The notes under the pieces were generated by a model that was not told where the DNA came from, ran no database searches, and was given only the letters and a program-made list of their open reading frames with translations. Shown in pieces: positions 50,377-62,683 of a stretch of 64,000 bases of DNA. A program made the position numbers and the translations under genes. The stretch spans positions 16,558,251-16,622,250 of the forward strand of contig JAHRHZ010000013.1 in NCBI GenBank assembly GCA_024137785.1, written 5' to 3'. The DNA is from Ginglymostoma cirratum (lineage: Eukaryota). Each line of letters starts with the position of its first letter. Position 1 is the stretch's first letter.

Positions 50377-50545
50377 AAAACAAATGCTGGAGAAACTCAG
50401 CAAGAACCCATTCTGACTAAGGCTCACTGTATTCAAAACACTGATCCCGATTTTCTCTCTACAGATGCTGCTGGAACTGTTGAGTTTCGCCAGTACTTTC
50501 CGTTTTTGTTTCAGATCTCCAGCATCCCTAGTTTTTTTGTTTTAT
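50377..50545. mobile_element. Decayed Penelope-like mini-element
   Basis: aaatgctggagaaactcagc arm and acagatgctgc...tgagtttcgccag. Diverged TSD ttacaatataagct / ttacagtgtaagct. Confidence 0.7.
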
Positions 50546-50654
50546 TACAGTGTAAGCTGATCTCGTGCACCTCCTAGCACATGGTCACAGAAGCCTCGAA
50601 ATAGACCATTGTTAGGCTGGTTAACATGTTTCATTTTTAAAAAGACAATAACAA

Positions 50655-50848
50655 ATACAGCAGGACAGATCTCTGGTGCCCAGCAAGAAAAAATAAGAAC
50701 TCCAAAATACAATCTTTCAGCTGTGCTATCTCCTTCTCCCCAAGGTCTCAGTATCTGGCTAATTATGGAAACCAGTATATTGTTAATTCAGGCATATTGT
50801 TGTTCTGGGTTTTTTCAACAAAAGGAGGTAGAGAAGGGAAGTGCACAT
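50655..50848 (+). repeat. Diverged ~190-bp dispersed repeat, copy 2
   Basis: Homologous to 47065-47247. Confidence 0.85.
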
Positions 50849-51531
50849 ATTAATCCAGTTAACAGCAATATAAATTACATTTAATTGTTTTCTTGGAACA
50901 GTATGCAATATGGGGGGGAGACGTTGGCACGTGGAGCAGGAACACTGGATGTGGGAAATATTAACAATAATTAACTAAATTGCTTACAACTGCTTTATGG
51001 ATGGAACCATACTATCATGGAATAGTTTCAGAAAAAACTGTTCACTTCATTATAATGGCGGTCAGATTTGTATATAATAAACCTCTCTTGAAATGTTATG
51101 CTCGGAGAGTATGGATTCCAAAAAATAAGGTTCAAGAAAATTTCAACAATCTATATGGTCAAATATACAACTGTAAGCAGCCAAACAATAGAAACAACTT
51201 CACCACTGCAGTTCCAGCCACTATCCAGAACGAACAATTGAATCAGCAGCTTTTGCACTAACTCCCCATTACAATTATTGCTAATTGATTATCATTTTTC
51301 AGTGTCCAATATATACTGAAAGATGCGTTATCAGATATCACATTAATCTGGAAACACTACTCAATGTATAAACTTCATAGCTAATAAGCAATGAAGCCAA
51401 TTGTTGAAACAGAATGAATGCTGCATTCAATGCACTACTGCACAAGTTTCAGTATAGATAGCATACATTTTAACAGTATGCAGGCATTTAAATAAAATTT
51501 ACCAATTAAACTTACCGTGCGTGCAGACATT

Positions 51532-51537
51532 TTTATT
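51532..51537 (-). terminator. Candidate distal polyadenylation signal
   Basis: AATAAA on the minus strand with U-rich sequence about 20-45 nt downstream. Confidence 0.4.
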
Positions 51538-52040
51538 TCCAGGTACAGATAATTTCTTTCCTGCAGCAGTACGGAATATTATTCATGAAATGACAGTAAA
51601 CGGTGCCCTAGAAAACACATGGGAGTTGTGTGTGCGTGTATTTTTTTTAGGGTAGTTAATGAGTTATAGTGGCAATGAGTTTGCATGTGATTTTAATTCT
51701 CATTAAATTGATGACGATGCCACATAGTGAAGTGGATACAGTGCAATATTACAGCAAGTGAAAAGAAAAACTTTCTTCATGTTCACTGGGCACATATAAG
51801 CCTGGTTTCTGAGTCAGGAAATTGAAAGTGCCCCAACAAATTGATAGACAAGACCATTGGGCCACCCACCCCCTCCAGCATTTCTGCAGTAATGAAGAGT
51901 TCAGCATTCCTACTTAAAGCCACCTACAGTCTTGATTTCAACCTATTTGGCCTGTCAATGCAGCAGAAATTTGGACATTGGGCTGAAGCATAACAGCATT
52001 CATACTGTTGTAATATTGAGGAACAAGAAGTTGATGTAAG

Positions 52041-52168
52041 CAATGTTCCTTCTAAGCTGCTTGATTGCACAGGCTCAGCACAAACCAGCCATTCTAATGT
52101 AACATGTTGGCTCAGCTTGCAAAATAATTTAAAGTGCCAATGAAATTAAAGAAATTAGAGGGAATGCT
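52041..52168. mobile_element. MITE, same TIR family as 23073
   Basis: caatgttccttctaa ... ttagagggaatg inverted ends. Confidence 0.65.
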
Positions 52169-54257
52169 ACTGGTAAGTAAATATTAATAATCTAACCCCA
52201 AGCTCAAATATTTATGAACAATTTGCTGTACAATCTTGCAAATAAAGGTATCAAATGAAATAGTTCAACATAAGAGATCATTTATCTCCTTGAATTTTCA
52301 AAAAAATGCTACTCCTGTAATGGCCAAATTTCTAATATCTGAGCTACATTGTTGTAACGTAAGCCACCTTTCTGTGCGGTTAACCTAAACCTGTAAGAAA
52401 TGTTCAGCATTTCCATAAATAAAAATAAGCTTTTTCTTAAAAAAAACTATAAAACAATTCATGTTTGGCCAGAGGCTAAACTGAAGTTTAATTCAGTGAT
52501 GATATGAGCCTTTACAGTGACCCATACAACAAACCCCAACTTCACCATTATCCATCATTTAACACATAATTCAACCCAGGAATTTATTAATACTTATCAC
52601 ATTGTCCCCATAAATGGGAAGTCCAACAACAATAAAGTTAAGAAAAATAATTCTGAGAGTTACTTCATTCACTTTATGTCTGTATATGTATATTTAAAAT
52701 ATGAGTGATAATCAGCACAGAGAATGCTAGAAAAATAAGTGATGATGGGTTGTATTATCAATTTTAATCATTTATTACCAAATTTCAAAACAACAAAAAT
52801 GAGAATTGCAAAATCTGAAAATTCATTTTTATTTATAAAACAGCCCATAATCAATGACCTTCATCATCTCTCCCCTTTCAATCATACACAAAGCAAACAT
52901 TTTACAAACAAAATCAAAGCAATAGACTGAAACACTGGCAATCTAACACTGTTAGATTTGAAAACAGTTTTCAATGACAGTTGCTGCATTCTTGACAATC
53001 ATTTCTTCTCTCCAAGACTGGAAAGTTGTTCCAGTAAATTGAATAACGTTTTTTTTTTGCTTGCACTAGTAACCTGTTAGAAATTGTCGCCCAATGAATG
53101 AAAACTTCAGATCTGATAACATATGGACATATGGCTTCTGGCTGTGCTTTATCTTCCTCAGCTGACTCCTCAAGAGATGCTGCCTTTGTAACAGATTCCA
53201 CAATGGCATTGTTGCCCATTGCTGCAACATAGAGTGCTGCAGCCTCAGCAGCAACAGTAGTAGTTGCAGTTGAGAAACATTCCCCTTTTTCTGCTCCTAA
53301 GTTTGACCCATATGCCAGGTTTTCTTCGGGGTATTCACTCTTCAAACAAGTCTACATTGAAGCTTTCACCAGTTTCCAGGGCAGGCCGTTTTCTTATGGG
53401 CCAACAACCAGAACTAAAGGCATTTTAAATTTTTAATTATACCTTGGTCCAATGGCAGGTCATTGGCAAGTAATCGAATTTGAATTGAGTTGAAGAATAA
53501 AACAATTGTATAGCTTTCAGTCTTTGGCTATTAGGATGAGCTCAGCAATTATCCTCGCATCATGGAATCTTGCATTTCTGGAACTGCATGTGGTGATCAA
53601 GGTATTGAACTCATGAAGTAAAAATTGTTGATGCCAGTCAGACCTTTCAGTTTGCTTCATCGTTGACTTGCAGATGGTTGGCATGGTTTAAGCATCTTGG
53701 CTTTTTCAATTTGCCAGTTAATAATTTGCCATGTTTTTGGGTCCTGGACATGTATGACAACAAGAAGTGACACCTAGGAACAAATGCTGTTTGTTGACTC
53801 ATCAGGTTATCACTCCATCTGGACGTGGAGAAAGGAAAGTGCAAAATTCAAAGGCAAGGAGAAAAATCAATCAGAATTTTATTCTGTGGTCAACAAAGGC
53901 AGGATGTTGACTTGCATGGGGATGAGAGTATTGGGCAATGCCATACATGAAAGAGGCTTCTATTTGAAGATTCATTTAAATTGTTTTGGATTGATTATGG
54001 ACTGATTTGCGATTCTGGACAAGGAACAGGGTAATACAGAATTGGATCAGTATGACGTGTAAAAAAGCACTAAATTCAGTGAAACAGGCAGCGAAAGGTG
54101 GATTAAGCAGGATGGTATGGCTCACCTTTCCCTATTACTATCTTCTTATCTCTTTAATATTGTTAATGTTGCTGTGTAGTCTTTAAGCAGTGATGCCAGA
54201 GTTGATTATTCTCCTCTAATTGAACATGAGCTGATGTATGATACTCAACACACTCTA

Positions 54258-54500
54258 CAGGCGTAGTGGTGATGTTAATAGACTTAGTAATCTAGGCCCC
54301 AGGCAAATGATCCGATGGCATAATTTTGAATCCCACCAAAGCAGCTGGTGAAATTTGAATTTAATAAAAGTCTGGAATTAAAAGCTAACCTAATAGGAAC
54401 CATTGATGATTGATGTAAAATCCCATCTGGTTCATTAATGTCTTTCAGGGAAGGAATTCTGTCCCAGTCTGCACTACATCTGATTTCTGCAAATAGCCAC
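54258..54500 (+). mobile_element. SINE family B, inside the putative last intron
   Basis: ggcgtagtggt head and gaatcccacca..gcagctggtgaaatttgaattt body. Confidence 0.8.
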
Positions 54501-54559
54501 CTGTCCCACCCTGTCCCCTATCATGACAGCACAGCACGCAGAAACTGTTCGAATCCTAC

Positions 54560-54688
54560 CACTAAATCATACACTGTATCAATGTCTGAACGTATGGCTG
54601 TAAGTAGGAGACTGAATGATGGGTCTTCCTTCTTCTTTGTCTTCCGACTCTTTCCCTACTGCCTGGGCAGGGTGCAGTATGTAGGCAG
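54560..54688 (-). CDS. Probable penultimate exon of an unidentified gene (reading frame unresolved)
   Basis: Acceptor gtgtctttctactttcag, donor GTG|gtagga, 129 nt. Frames give LPTYCTLPRQ*, xAYILHPAQAVGKESEDKEEGRPIIQSPTYSHTFRH* or xCLHTAP...CMI*. No protein recognised. Confidence 0.5.
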
Positions 54689-55169
54689 CTGAAAGTAGAA
54701 AGACACATAGTAAGACTGTCATGAAGCCAAATGTTGGAGGTGTGTGGGCACAGAGGCTAGTTGGGGAGGGGTTCGTGAATCAGTGGGGGCACGCTAACAC
54801 TAATTGCAGTTTGTAAGTCAGAGGAGTTGTGGGATGAAGGGCAAATGGGATGTGGGAAGGAGGATTAGGTACGAGCCATGTTCCCATTTAGCTACACAGC
54901 TGTGAAACCACTGGGAGATTGTGTCCATGCCAACGGTGTGCCAACACATTGACCTCCACTTGCAGAAGCTGCTACCACACATAGACCTCTGAGTCCGCAA
55001 AGTGGTAAAAGAAATCAGGGGCAACATCAACTATGAGGCTACCTTTATTCAATGGTTTTAGCGACTAACCATGGCCTCAGGAATTGTCACTTGATTATGA
55101 GGGTAAACATTTTCTCCTTGATGGCGTACAAACAAGCAGCTTGTCCGTCCCATTGGGTAAACCCCTGGT

Positions 55170-55860
55170 CTTTTTTAATTGGTTCAGGGGAGCAAACATT
55201 GCTGGCAAGGGCAGAATGTAAATCATCCTTGCTAAGGTGGTAGTGAGCTGCTTTACCGAAACCTCCTGCAGTCCATCTGTTGCCATTTCAGCTACAGTGC
55301 TGTTTCCAGAACTTTAAGAAATGATGAATCAAGATGCTGTCCTTGTGTCTTTGAAGAGAATGCCCAGATGTGGTATTTCTTTGTGCCGAGTGCCCTCGTT
55401 CTTCTAAGTGGTAAAGACTGCCGGTTTGCAAAGTGCTGTTAAAGCAGCTGCATAAGTTGTCGCAGAGCCTAGTGCACACTGTGGCCAGATCCCCGGTGGA
55501 GGAGACGAAAATATAAGGTAGTGGATGGAGTGTCAGTCAAGTGGGCTCCTTAGTCCTGATGGTGTTGGGTTGCTTCAGTATTGTTGGAGTTCTATTCATT
55601 CAGGCAAGTGGAGAATGTTTCAATACACTCCTGATGCACGCCTTGTAGAAAGTGGAAGCCTTTTGGGAATTAGAAGATAAATTACTTGCCACAGAACTCC
55701 AAACCTCTGATTGCAGATGCAGCCACAGGATTTATGTCACATTTCTAATCAATGGTGACCCCAGAATGTTAAGAGTGGGGGATTCAGCAATGGGAATGCC
55801 ACTAAATATCAAAAAAAGGATGTTTTTTTGTAGAAAATCTTGATATAGCACTAGTGTGGT
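55170..55860 (-). mobile_element. CR1-group LINE 3' fragment of a second lineage
   Basis: Minus strand FYKA.IRSVLKHSPLA...PTILK...SLHRGS.ATVC. The 3' end matches the SINE family B tail. Confidence 0.7.
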
Positions 55861-55899
55861 ACAAATATTATTCCCAGGAGAACAGAGGGAGACTTGCAG

Positions 55900-57470
55900 A
55901 GGGATAACCGTGGAGGCAGTAGCAAGAGTAAGAACACAGGGAGACCAGAAAGGAGCGATGAGGTTTCAAAGCTTCATTAAAAAGGAATCTCAGTGTGACG
56001 CCACAGAGAAGCAGTTAAGTGATTGGTTAGTGAGTATTTTTCAATTGTATCTCTCTAAACACAAATCTGATGAAGTAAACATTTCAGTCAGGTGACTAAA
56101 ACAGGAAGCATATGATAAACAGCATAAGAGCAGAGCAGGTCAAAAGACATTAACTGACTGGGGCAGTAGCTATGGGGGAGATATAAATAATATATTATAT
56201 TTAGACTTAATATATATCTACAAATAGTTGTTCAGCGAATTTTCTAAAAGTGAAACCTACTTAGTTAAATAAAACACAATAATGATGGCAGGACGATCAA
56301 GGTACGGATTACAGTTGATGCATGAACAATGATGCCAGTACGATCCAAGGCAACTGCACCCACAGTACTTGTCCACATCTCAAGAACTTCAGCTCTGAGT
56401 TGATGAACTGATCCAGGATTTGGATGCTGCAGTGTAACACATGGAAAATTACTTGGAGACTTTGTTCCAGAAGACAGTCACATCCCCTAGATGAGGGTCT
56501 GTGGATTTGGATTGTGAGCAGAGACAGGAGGGTGTGACTGAAAGTTAGGCAGGTATGGGAATCCAGAAGGGAGCAGTGAAGGAGTTTCAGCCCTTGCAGA
56601 TGTGCAACAGATTCAATGTACTTGAACTTGTATAGGTGAGAGTGAAGACTGCAGGGAAGATGAGTAAAATGATCACATCTTATTGTAGGGAGAATTGGGG
56701 GAGTTAACAGGAACATAGTACTGGACAATATTGTTAGGGGAGAGGCACTGTTCTCTGTAACCAGAAGTGTGAGTCCTGAAGGCTGTGTTGCCTGTCTGGT
56801 ACAGACAAGGTGCAAGACCTTACCTTAGGGATGGAAAGAAACTGGAATGAAATGGGAAAGATCCAGTTGTCACAGTCCACGAGGGTACCAACAACATAGG
56901 AAGGTATCGGAAAGAGGTTCTAGTAAGGGAGTTTGAGGAACTAGAGACTAAATTAAAAGACAGAACCATAAGGGTAATCTCTGGATTACTACCTGAACCA
57001 CTTGTAATTGTCATGGGGTAAATAAGAGCAGAGAGTTGACTGAATGACTCAAAGATTAGTGTGGGAAAAGTGAGTTTTGATTTTTGGAGCAGTGACACTC
57101 ATATGGAGAATGAAGGAATATGTATTTAAGGGAACACAGTGTGGAGCTGGATTTCTGAAGAAAAGTCCCGACCCGAAAGGTCAACTTCCTTGCTCCTCTG
57201 ATGCTGCCTGGCCTGCTGTGTTCCTCCAGCTCCACACTGTTGTCTCTGACTCCAGCATCTGCAGTTCTTACTATCTCTGATGTATCCGAGGCAGCCTCTT
57301 CTTGAACCATTATAGGAAGGAGTAGTGGGAGGGCAGGCTCGTTTGAAGGGATTGAGAAAATCAATGAGGAAAGACAAGGCAATAATGCAGGTTTGAGGTA
57401 GGAGTGATATTAACTCTAATGTGAAAAGAAAAATCCAAAGGCACAAATATAACAATGAACTAGAAATAGG
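55900..57470 (+). mobile_element. CR1 LINE 5' region with esterase (SGNH)-type ORF1 remnant
   Basis: RLCCLSG..KVQD and DPVVTVHEGTNNIG (the CLPGA and VHVGTND blocks), RVISGLLP, and a leucine-zipper-like LQL*VDEL segment upstream. Confidence 0.8.
57133..57277 (+). mobile_element. Penelope-like mini-element nested in CR1 ORF1
   Basis: Short inverted arm acagtgtggagctgga, mutated core ctgaagaaaagtcccgacccgaaaggtc, tail ccagcatctgcagttcttactatctc. Confidence 0.8.
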
Positions 57471-57864
57471 GTCAGACATTTTGGACTGGATTTTACCAAA
57501 AATCAGTTAAGTGTCAATTTCAGGGTATTGTATGAGGGTTTCCCTCACTGAGCTCCAGTGAGTTACTTCAGGCAATGTCTGGCTGCTCACCTCTTTATGT
57601 ATGCACCGCATTTCTATAGTGCCGTGCTACTGTGATCTCCCCAGCAGCACCATACTTAAAGACCAGCCATGCACCAGGTCAAACATTGCCAACCAGGAAA
57701 CAAAAAAAAAAGCTTCCAAAAGCCCACAGATACCAAGGGTGAACTTCAACACAAATACAATATAAATATTTGACATCAACACAATAATTGTAACCGAGGC
57801 TGTGAAAACCTCAGGTTACAGGTTACCCGTCTTTAGCAGCATATCTTGTGTGAACCCTGTCAGA

Positions 57865-60800
57865 GAAACATAGAAAATAGGAACAGGATTAGGCCATTCA
57901 ATTCATTGAGGTTCCTCCACCATTCAACTTGAATATGGCTGATCCTCTTCCTCAAGTCCATACTTCAGCTTTCTCACCATACATCTTGACATCTTTATCC
58001 TTGAGAAAGCTATCTTTCTTAAATATATTCAATGACTTGGTCTCCACAGTCTTCTGTGAATTCCATAGGTTCACCACTCACTAACTGAAGGTATTTCTCC
58101 TCATTTCAGGGTGAAATGACCTACAGATATCCTGAGACCATGACCACTTGTTCTGGATCCCCTTCGCCAGTCTGAAGAAATATCATCCCGTATCCAGTCT
58201 TGCAGCCCTGTTAGAATTTCATATGTTTCAATCAAATCCTCTCTCAGCCTTCTAAGTCCTATTCAAACTGGTCTCTCTTAATCCGAGAAACTTGCCAGCC
58301 CAGGAATCAGCCTGGTGAATCTTTGCTGCCGTCCCTCAATGGCGAGTAGATCGCTTCTTAGATAACAAAACCAAAATTGTACACAGTACTCCTGATGTGG
58401 TCTCGCCAAAAATCTTTACAATTACAACACGGTGCCTGTATTCAGTGAAGGCCAACGTACCAGTTACCTCCCTATCTGCTTGCTGCAGCTCCATGCACGC
58501 TGTCAGTGACCAGGGTACGAGAGCACCCAGGTCCCTTTGTACATCAACATTTGCGAAATAATATTCTACCATTTTGTTTTTCCTATCTAAATGGATAACT
58601 TCACACTTACGAAGCAAAGTCGAGTGGAACAGCTGGCAGCAATGCATCCCTCCCCAGTCAGTTCAATGTATTCTCTGCTCGTTTTGAACAGAAGGTCAGT
58701 GAAATAACGTCACCCACCGTGACACCCTCAGGTGCACCTGTTTCCACGGCCACCACTGCAGATGTCAGATTGGCCTCCTTGAGAGTGAACCCACAGAAAA
58801 TGACCAACCCAGATGGAGTCCCGGGCCATGCACCCAGATACTGCGCGGACTAACCAGGGGGAATATTTGCAGAAATCTTTAATCTCTCTGCACTCCAATC
58901 TGAGGTTCCCACCTGCTTCAAGAAGACCGCTATCATCCCAGTGCCAAAGGACAATCAGGCAGCGTGCCGAAATGACTACCACCTGGTAGCTCTGACATCC
59001 ATCATTTTGAAGTGCATCGAAAGGTTAGTAATGGCACACATCAACTCCAGCCTCCCAGACTCCCTTGATCCACCACAATTTGCCTATCATCCTAACAGTT
59101 TTAGGGCAGATGTCATCTCCCTGACCCTGCACTCATCCCTGGAGCATCTGGAGAACAAGGACACCTACATCAGAGTCTCATTTATTGACTTTAGCTCCGC
59201 CTATAACCAGCACCCTCCAACTCAGCCCCTCACTACACCTCTTATGCACTCATGACTGTGTGGCCAAATTCAGGTCTAACTCCATTTACAAATTTGCTGA
59301 TGACACCACTATAGTGGATCTGATCTCAAACAATGGCAAGACAGAGCACAGGAAGGAGATAGAGAGCTTAATGGCATAGTGTAAAGACAACAATATCTCC
59401 CTCAGTGTCAGAAAAACAAAGGAGCTTCATCGACTTCAGGAAGCAGAGTGCAGGACACACCTTTCTCTGGATCAACAGTGCTGAGGTGGAGATAGTCGAG
59501 GGCTTCAAGTTCCTAAGAGTAAATATAACCAACAGCCTATCCTTGTCCATCCACATTGATGGTACGGTCAAGAAAGCACACCAATGCCTCCACTTCCTCA
59601 GGAGGCTAAGGAAATTTGGCATGTCCATGATGACTCTTACCAATTTTTTCTTACCACCACAGAAAGCATCCTATCTGATGCATCAGAGATTGCTATGGCA
59701 ACTACTCTGCCAAAGACCGCAAGAAATTACAGAGAGTTGTGAACGTTTCATCACGAAAAACCAGCCTTCCATCCATTGACTCTGTCTATACTTTCCAATG
59801 CCTCGGGAAAGCAGCCAACATAATCAAAGACCCCTCCCAGGCCTGTTATACTCAATTCCACTCTCCTTCATCAAGCAGAAGATACAAACGTTTGAAAACT
59901 CATATCAACAGGTTTAGGAACAGCTTCTTCCCTGCTGTTATCAGACTTATGAGTGGACCTCTCATATATTAGAGTTGATCTTACTCTGCACCTTCTCTGT
60001 AGCTATAACACCATATTCTGCATTCTGTTCCATTACCCTTCTATACTTTGTAAGGTACAATTTGTCTGATGAGTAGGCAAAACAATTCTTTCCACTGAAT
60101 CTCGGTACAGATGAAAATAATAAATCAAACCAAATCAAATCCATTTTGTACTTCACTGACCATGCATTTGCCTCCTCATCCAATTTGTCTAAATTACCGT
60201 GAAGGCTCTTCACACCCTCTCAGCAAACTTGGAAATATTACATTTGATTTCCTCATCCAAATTGTTGATACATATTCTGAATAGTTGGGGCCCAAGCACT
60301 GATCCCTGCTGTCCCTGGTTGCTTCCTTGTCTGTTTCCAGTCTGCTAACCAATTCTCAATCTAAGCCTGCGAATCCACTACCACCAATTCTACGTGCTTT
60401 GATCTGCATACTAACCTCTTACCTGGGACTTAAACAAAATATTTCTGAAAATCCAAATCCGCCACATCCACTGGTTCTCTCACATCTATTCTACTAGGTA
60501 TATTGCTAAAACTCACTGTTGGATTTCTCAAATACAATTTCCCCTTCACAAGATCAATTTGACATTGTAGTATTTTTAAATGTCCTGTTATCACATCTTT
60601 TATAATAGACTCCAGCATCTTCCACATGACTAATGTTAGACTAACTGGTCTGTAATTCCCGGTTTTCTCCCTCCCTCATCTATTAAAGTGGGGCTACATT
60701 TACTGCCCTCGTATCTGCGAAGACTCTTTTAGAATTATGGAAAATATAACCAAAACACCCATTATTTCGTGGCCATGTCCTTTGTACACTGAGGTATAGA

Positions 60801-61352
60801 TAATCAAGCCTTGGGGATTTATTAGCTTTCAATCCTATTAATTTCTCTGATACTAATCTCCTTCAATTCTTCCTTCCCAATAGAGCCTTGTTCCGCCAGC
60901 ATTTTGAGAAGCTATTTGCACCTTCTTGTGTGAAGACAGATCTAAAGTAGTTGTTTAATTACTCTGCCATTTTCTTGATTTTCATTATCAATTCTTTTGT
61001 TTAGGATCCTAAAGGACCTACATTTTTCTTCACTAATTTTTTTCTTTTTACACATTTACAGAAACTCTTACAGTCTGACTTTATGTCCCTTGTAAGTTTA
61101 CTCCCTATTTTAAATTTTCATCAACCTCATGGTCTCTCTTTGCTCAATTCTAAACTGCTCCTAGTTGTCAGACTTATTATTTTTCCCAGCAAATTTATAT
61201 GATTCCTCATTGCTTATCAAAAATATTATCCTTAATATTTCTTTTGTTAACCATGGGTGGATGACATTTTCTTTTGTGTTCTTTCACCTCAAAGGAATAT
61301 ATAACTGTTGTAATGCAAGTATTTGTTTTTTAAATAACAACCATTGCCTATC
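57865..61352 (-). mobile_element. Long decayed CR1 ORF2, split by a Rex1-like insertion
   Basis: Minus strand KMLESIIKDVITGHL...EPVDVADLDFQK (~60430-60627). KCEVIHL.RKN...VQRDLG follows on the other side of the insert, and the CR1 tail is at ~57865. Confidence 0.88.
58611..60140 (+). mobile_element. Rex1/Babar-clade LINE, 5'-truncated
   Basis: RVNP.K...PDGVPG, IIPVPK...NDY..VALTSII.KC.ERLV, FIDFSSAYN, YKFADDTTIV, FLRRLRKFGM, RF.NSFFPAVIRL. Tail aataaatcaaaccaaatcaaat. Confidence 0.9.
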
Positions 61353-62683
61353 CAATGAGAATGAACTCAGAGATTTATTCACAACAGGTTCTCTGAGCAA
61401 AACACTTTGGAATAATCTAAGCATCAGGCTATTTTAGACCTAATAATCTATAATGAGATAGCAATAATGATATCAAAATAAAGGATCCTCTAGGCAAGAG
61501 TGATCATAACTCAATAGAATGTACCCAAGACTGTATTGGACAGATTTTTGGTCTTCAAGTGAGTTATGAATATAGGAAGCAGGGAGGAAACTGGAGTTAA
61601 CGTCACATTCACATGAGCAATGTTCCTTCTAAGCTCTATGGCCATGCAGCCAATGGAGATTCCAAATACGTGAACTGGTGCACTGATACTGTGCCGAGCA
61701 CTGACTTTAATTTTCAGAAGTCACTGCTGTGCACAGACCTGGGACCTGGATATAGACGTAGCCTTCACACATGGCAAAGGTCCAACATGACACTGGTAAA
61801 ACACAAGTGGCAGAATAAAGCCCTTAACTGAGGTTTTATTGGTCCTTTAAGGGCCATAATTGGTCCAGGAACTGTCTGAACCTTTTCCTGCCACTGGTAA
61901 AATTCCAAAAGCAATGAGAAAGCAATGTCTACACCACCTAATTTACTGCTTACCGGCACATTCCCAGTGACCATTCTTAGGCAATGTGTCTGAATCATTG
62001 CCCTCTTTGTTCATTAGATTAGTGTTAAAGCATCCTAAAGCTGAAAGGGAAGTGTGTTGGCGGAGTGAAGTGCAACCTGTTTCAATGAAGTACTCGGATG
62101 TAGTGGGTAGGGTATGCCTACTATGAGATGTGGAGTTTGCAGTGGTGCTAAATTGAGTGAAATTAAGGTACTGTTCAGAATTTTAGGTAAGAATTATGAT
62201 AAGCAGAGATTATACGTGGGTGAGTGATGGGGCGGCAGGGAATCAAGCAGTGCAGAAGGCTGGCAATATAGATGGTCGGATTTGTCTTTTAAAGATAAAT
62301 TCATTGACACTGACCACTCATATGAAATAACTGCACTCTTCCATCACACTCCATCTAGGTCCTAGTAGTTTGACTCCTCGCTTCTGGTCTCATGGCCTTC
62401 AGACAGATCATTCAGGAGATCTCTGGTCCCCTGTGCATGGATCACTGCTCTCCTCCTTTCCATCAAGGTGCCCAGTGCAATGTTGGGACAACATGGCACA
62501 TTCTGTCTTCTCTATCATACCACATTTCACTATTTTCCCACTCACTTTCTTTTCTAAAATCAGTTTCATTACCCACTTTAGGCAACATGCATCCACACTT
62601 TAAGAGCCACAACCTGGCATTAAGCAATACCAGCTCTGAAGAAACTCAGGGCCCTGCCATCACATACTGCCTACATTGGAAAT

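Larger units (their letters stand above)
51515..53818 (-). other. Probable terminal exon / 3' UTR of an unidentified minus-strand gene
   Basis: Long polypyrimidine acceptor tttttctccttgcctttgaattttgcactttcctttctccacgtccag (AG at 53820-53819), then ATG GAG TGA TAA. About 2.3 kb with few repeats. Minus-strand AATAAA at 52828, 52771, 52583 and 51532. Confidence 0.55.

Noticed and set aside
53800-53818. TGA codons as selenocysteine
   Set aside because: The first TGA is followed directly by TAA, there is no selenoprotein-like context, and no SECIS could be recognised in the UTR.
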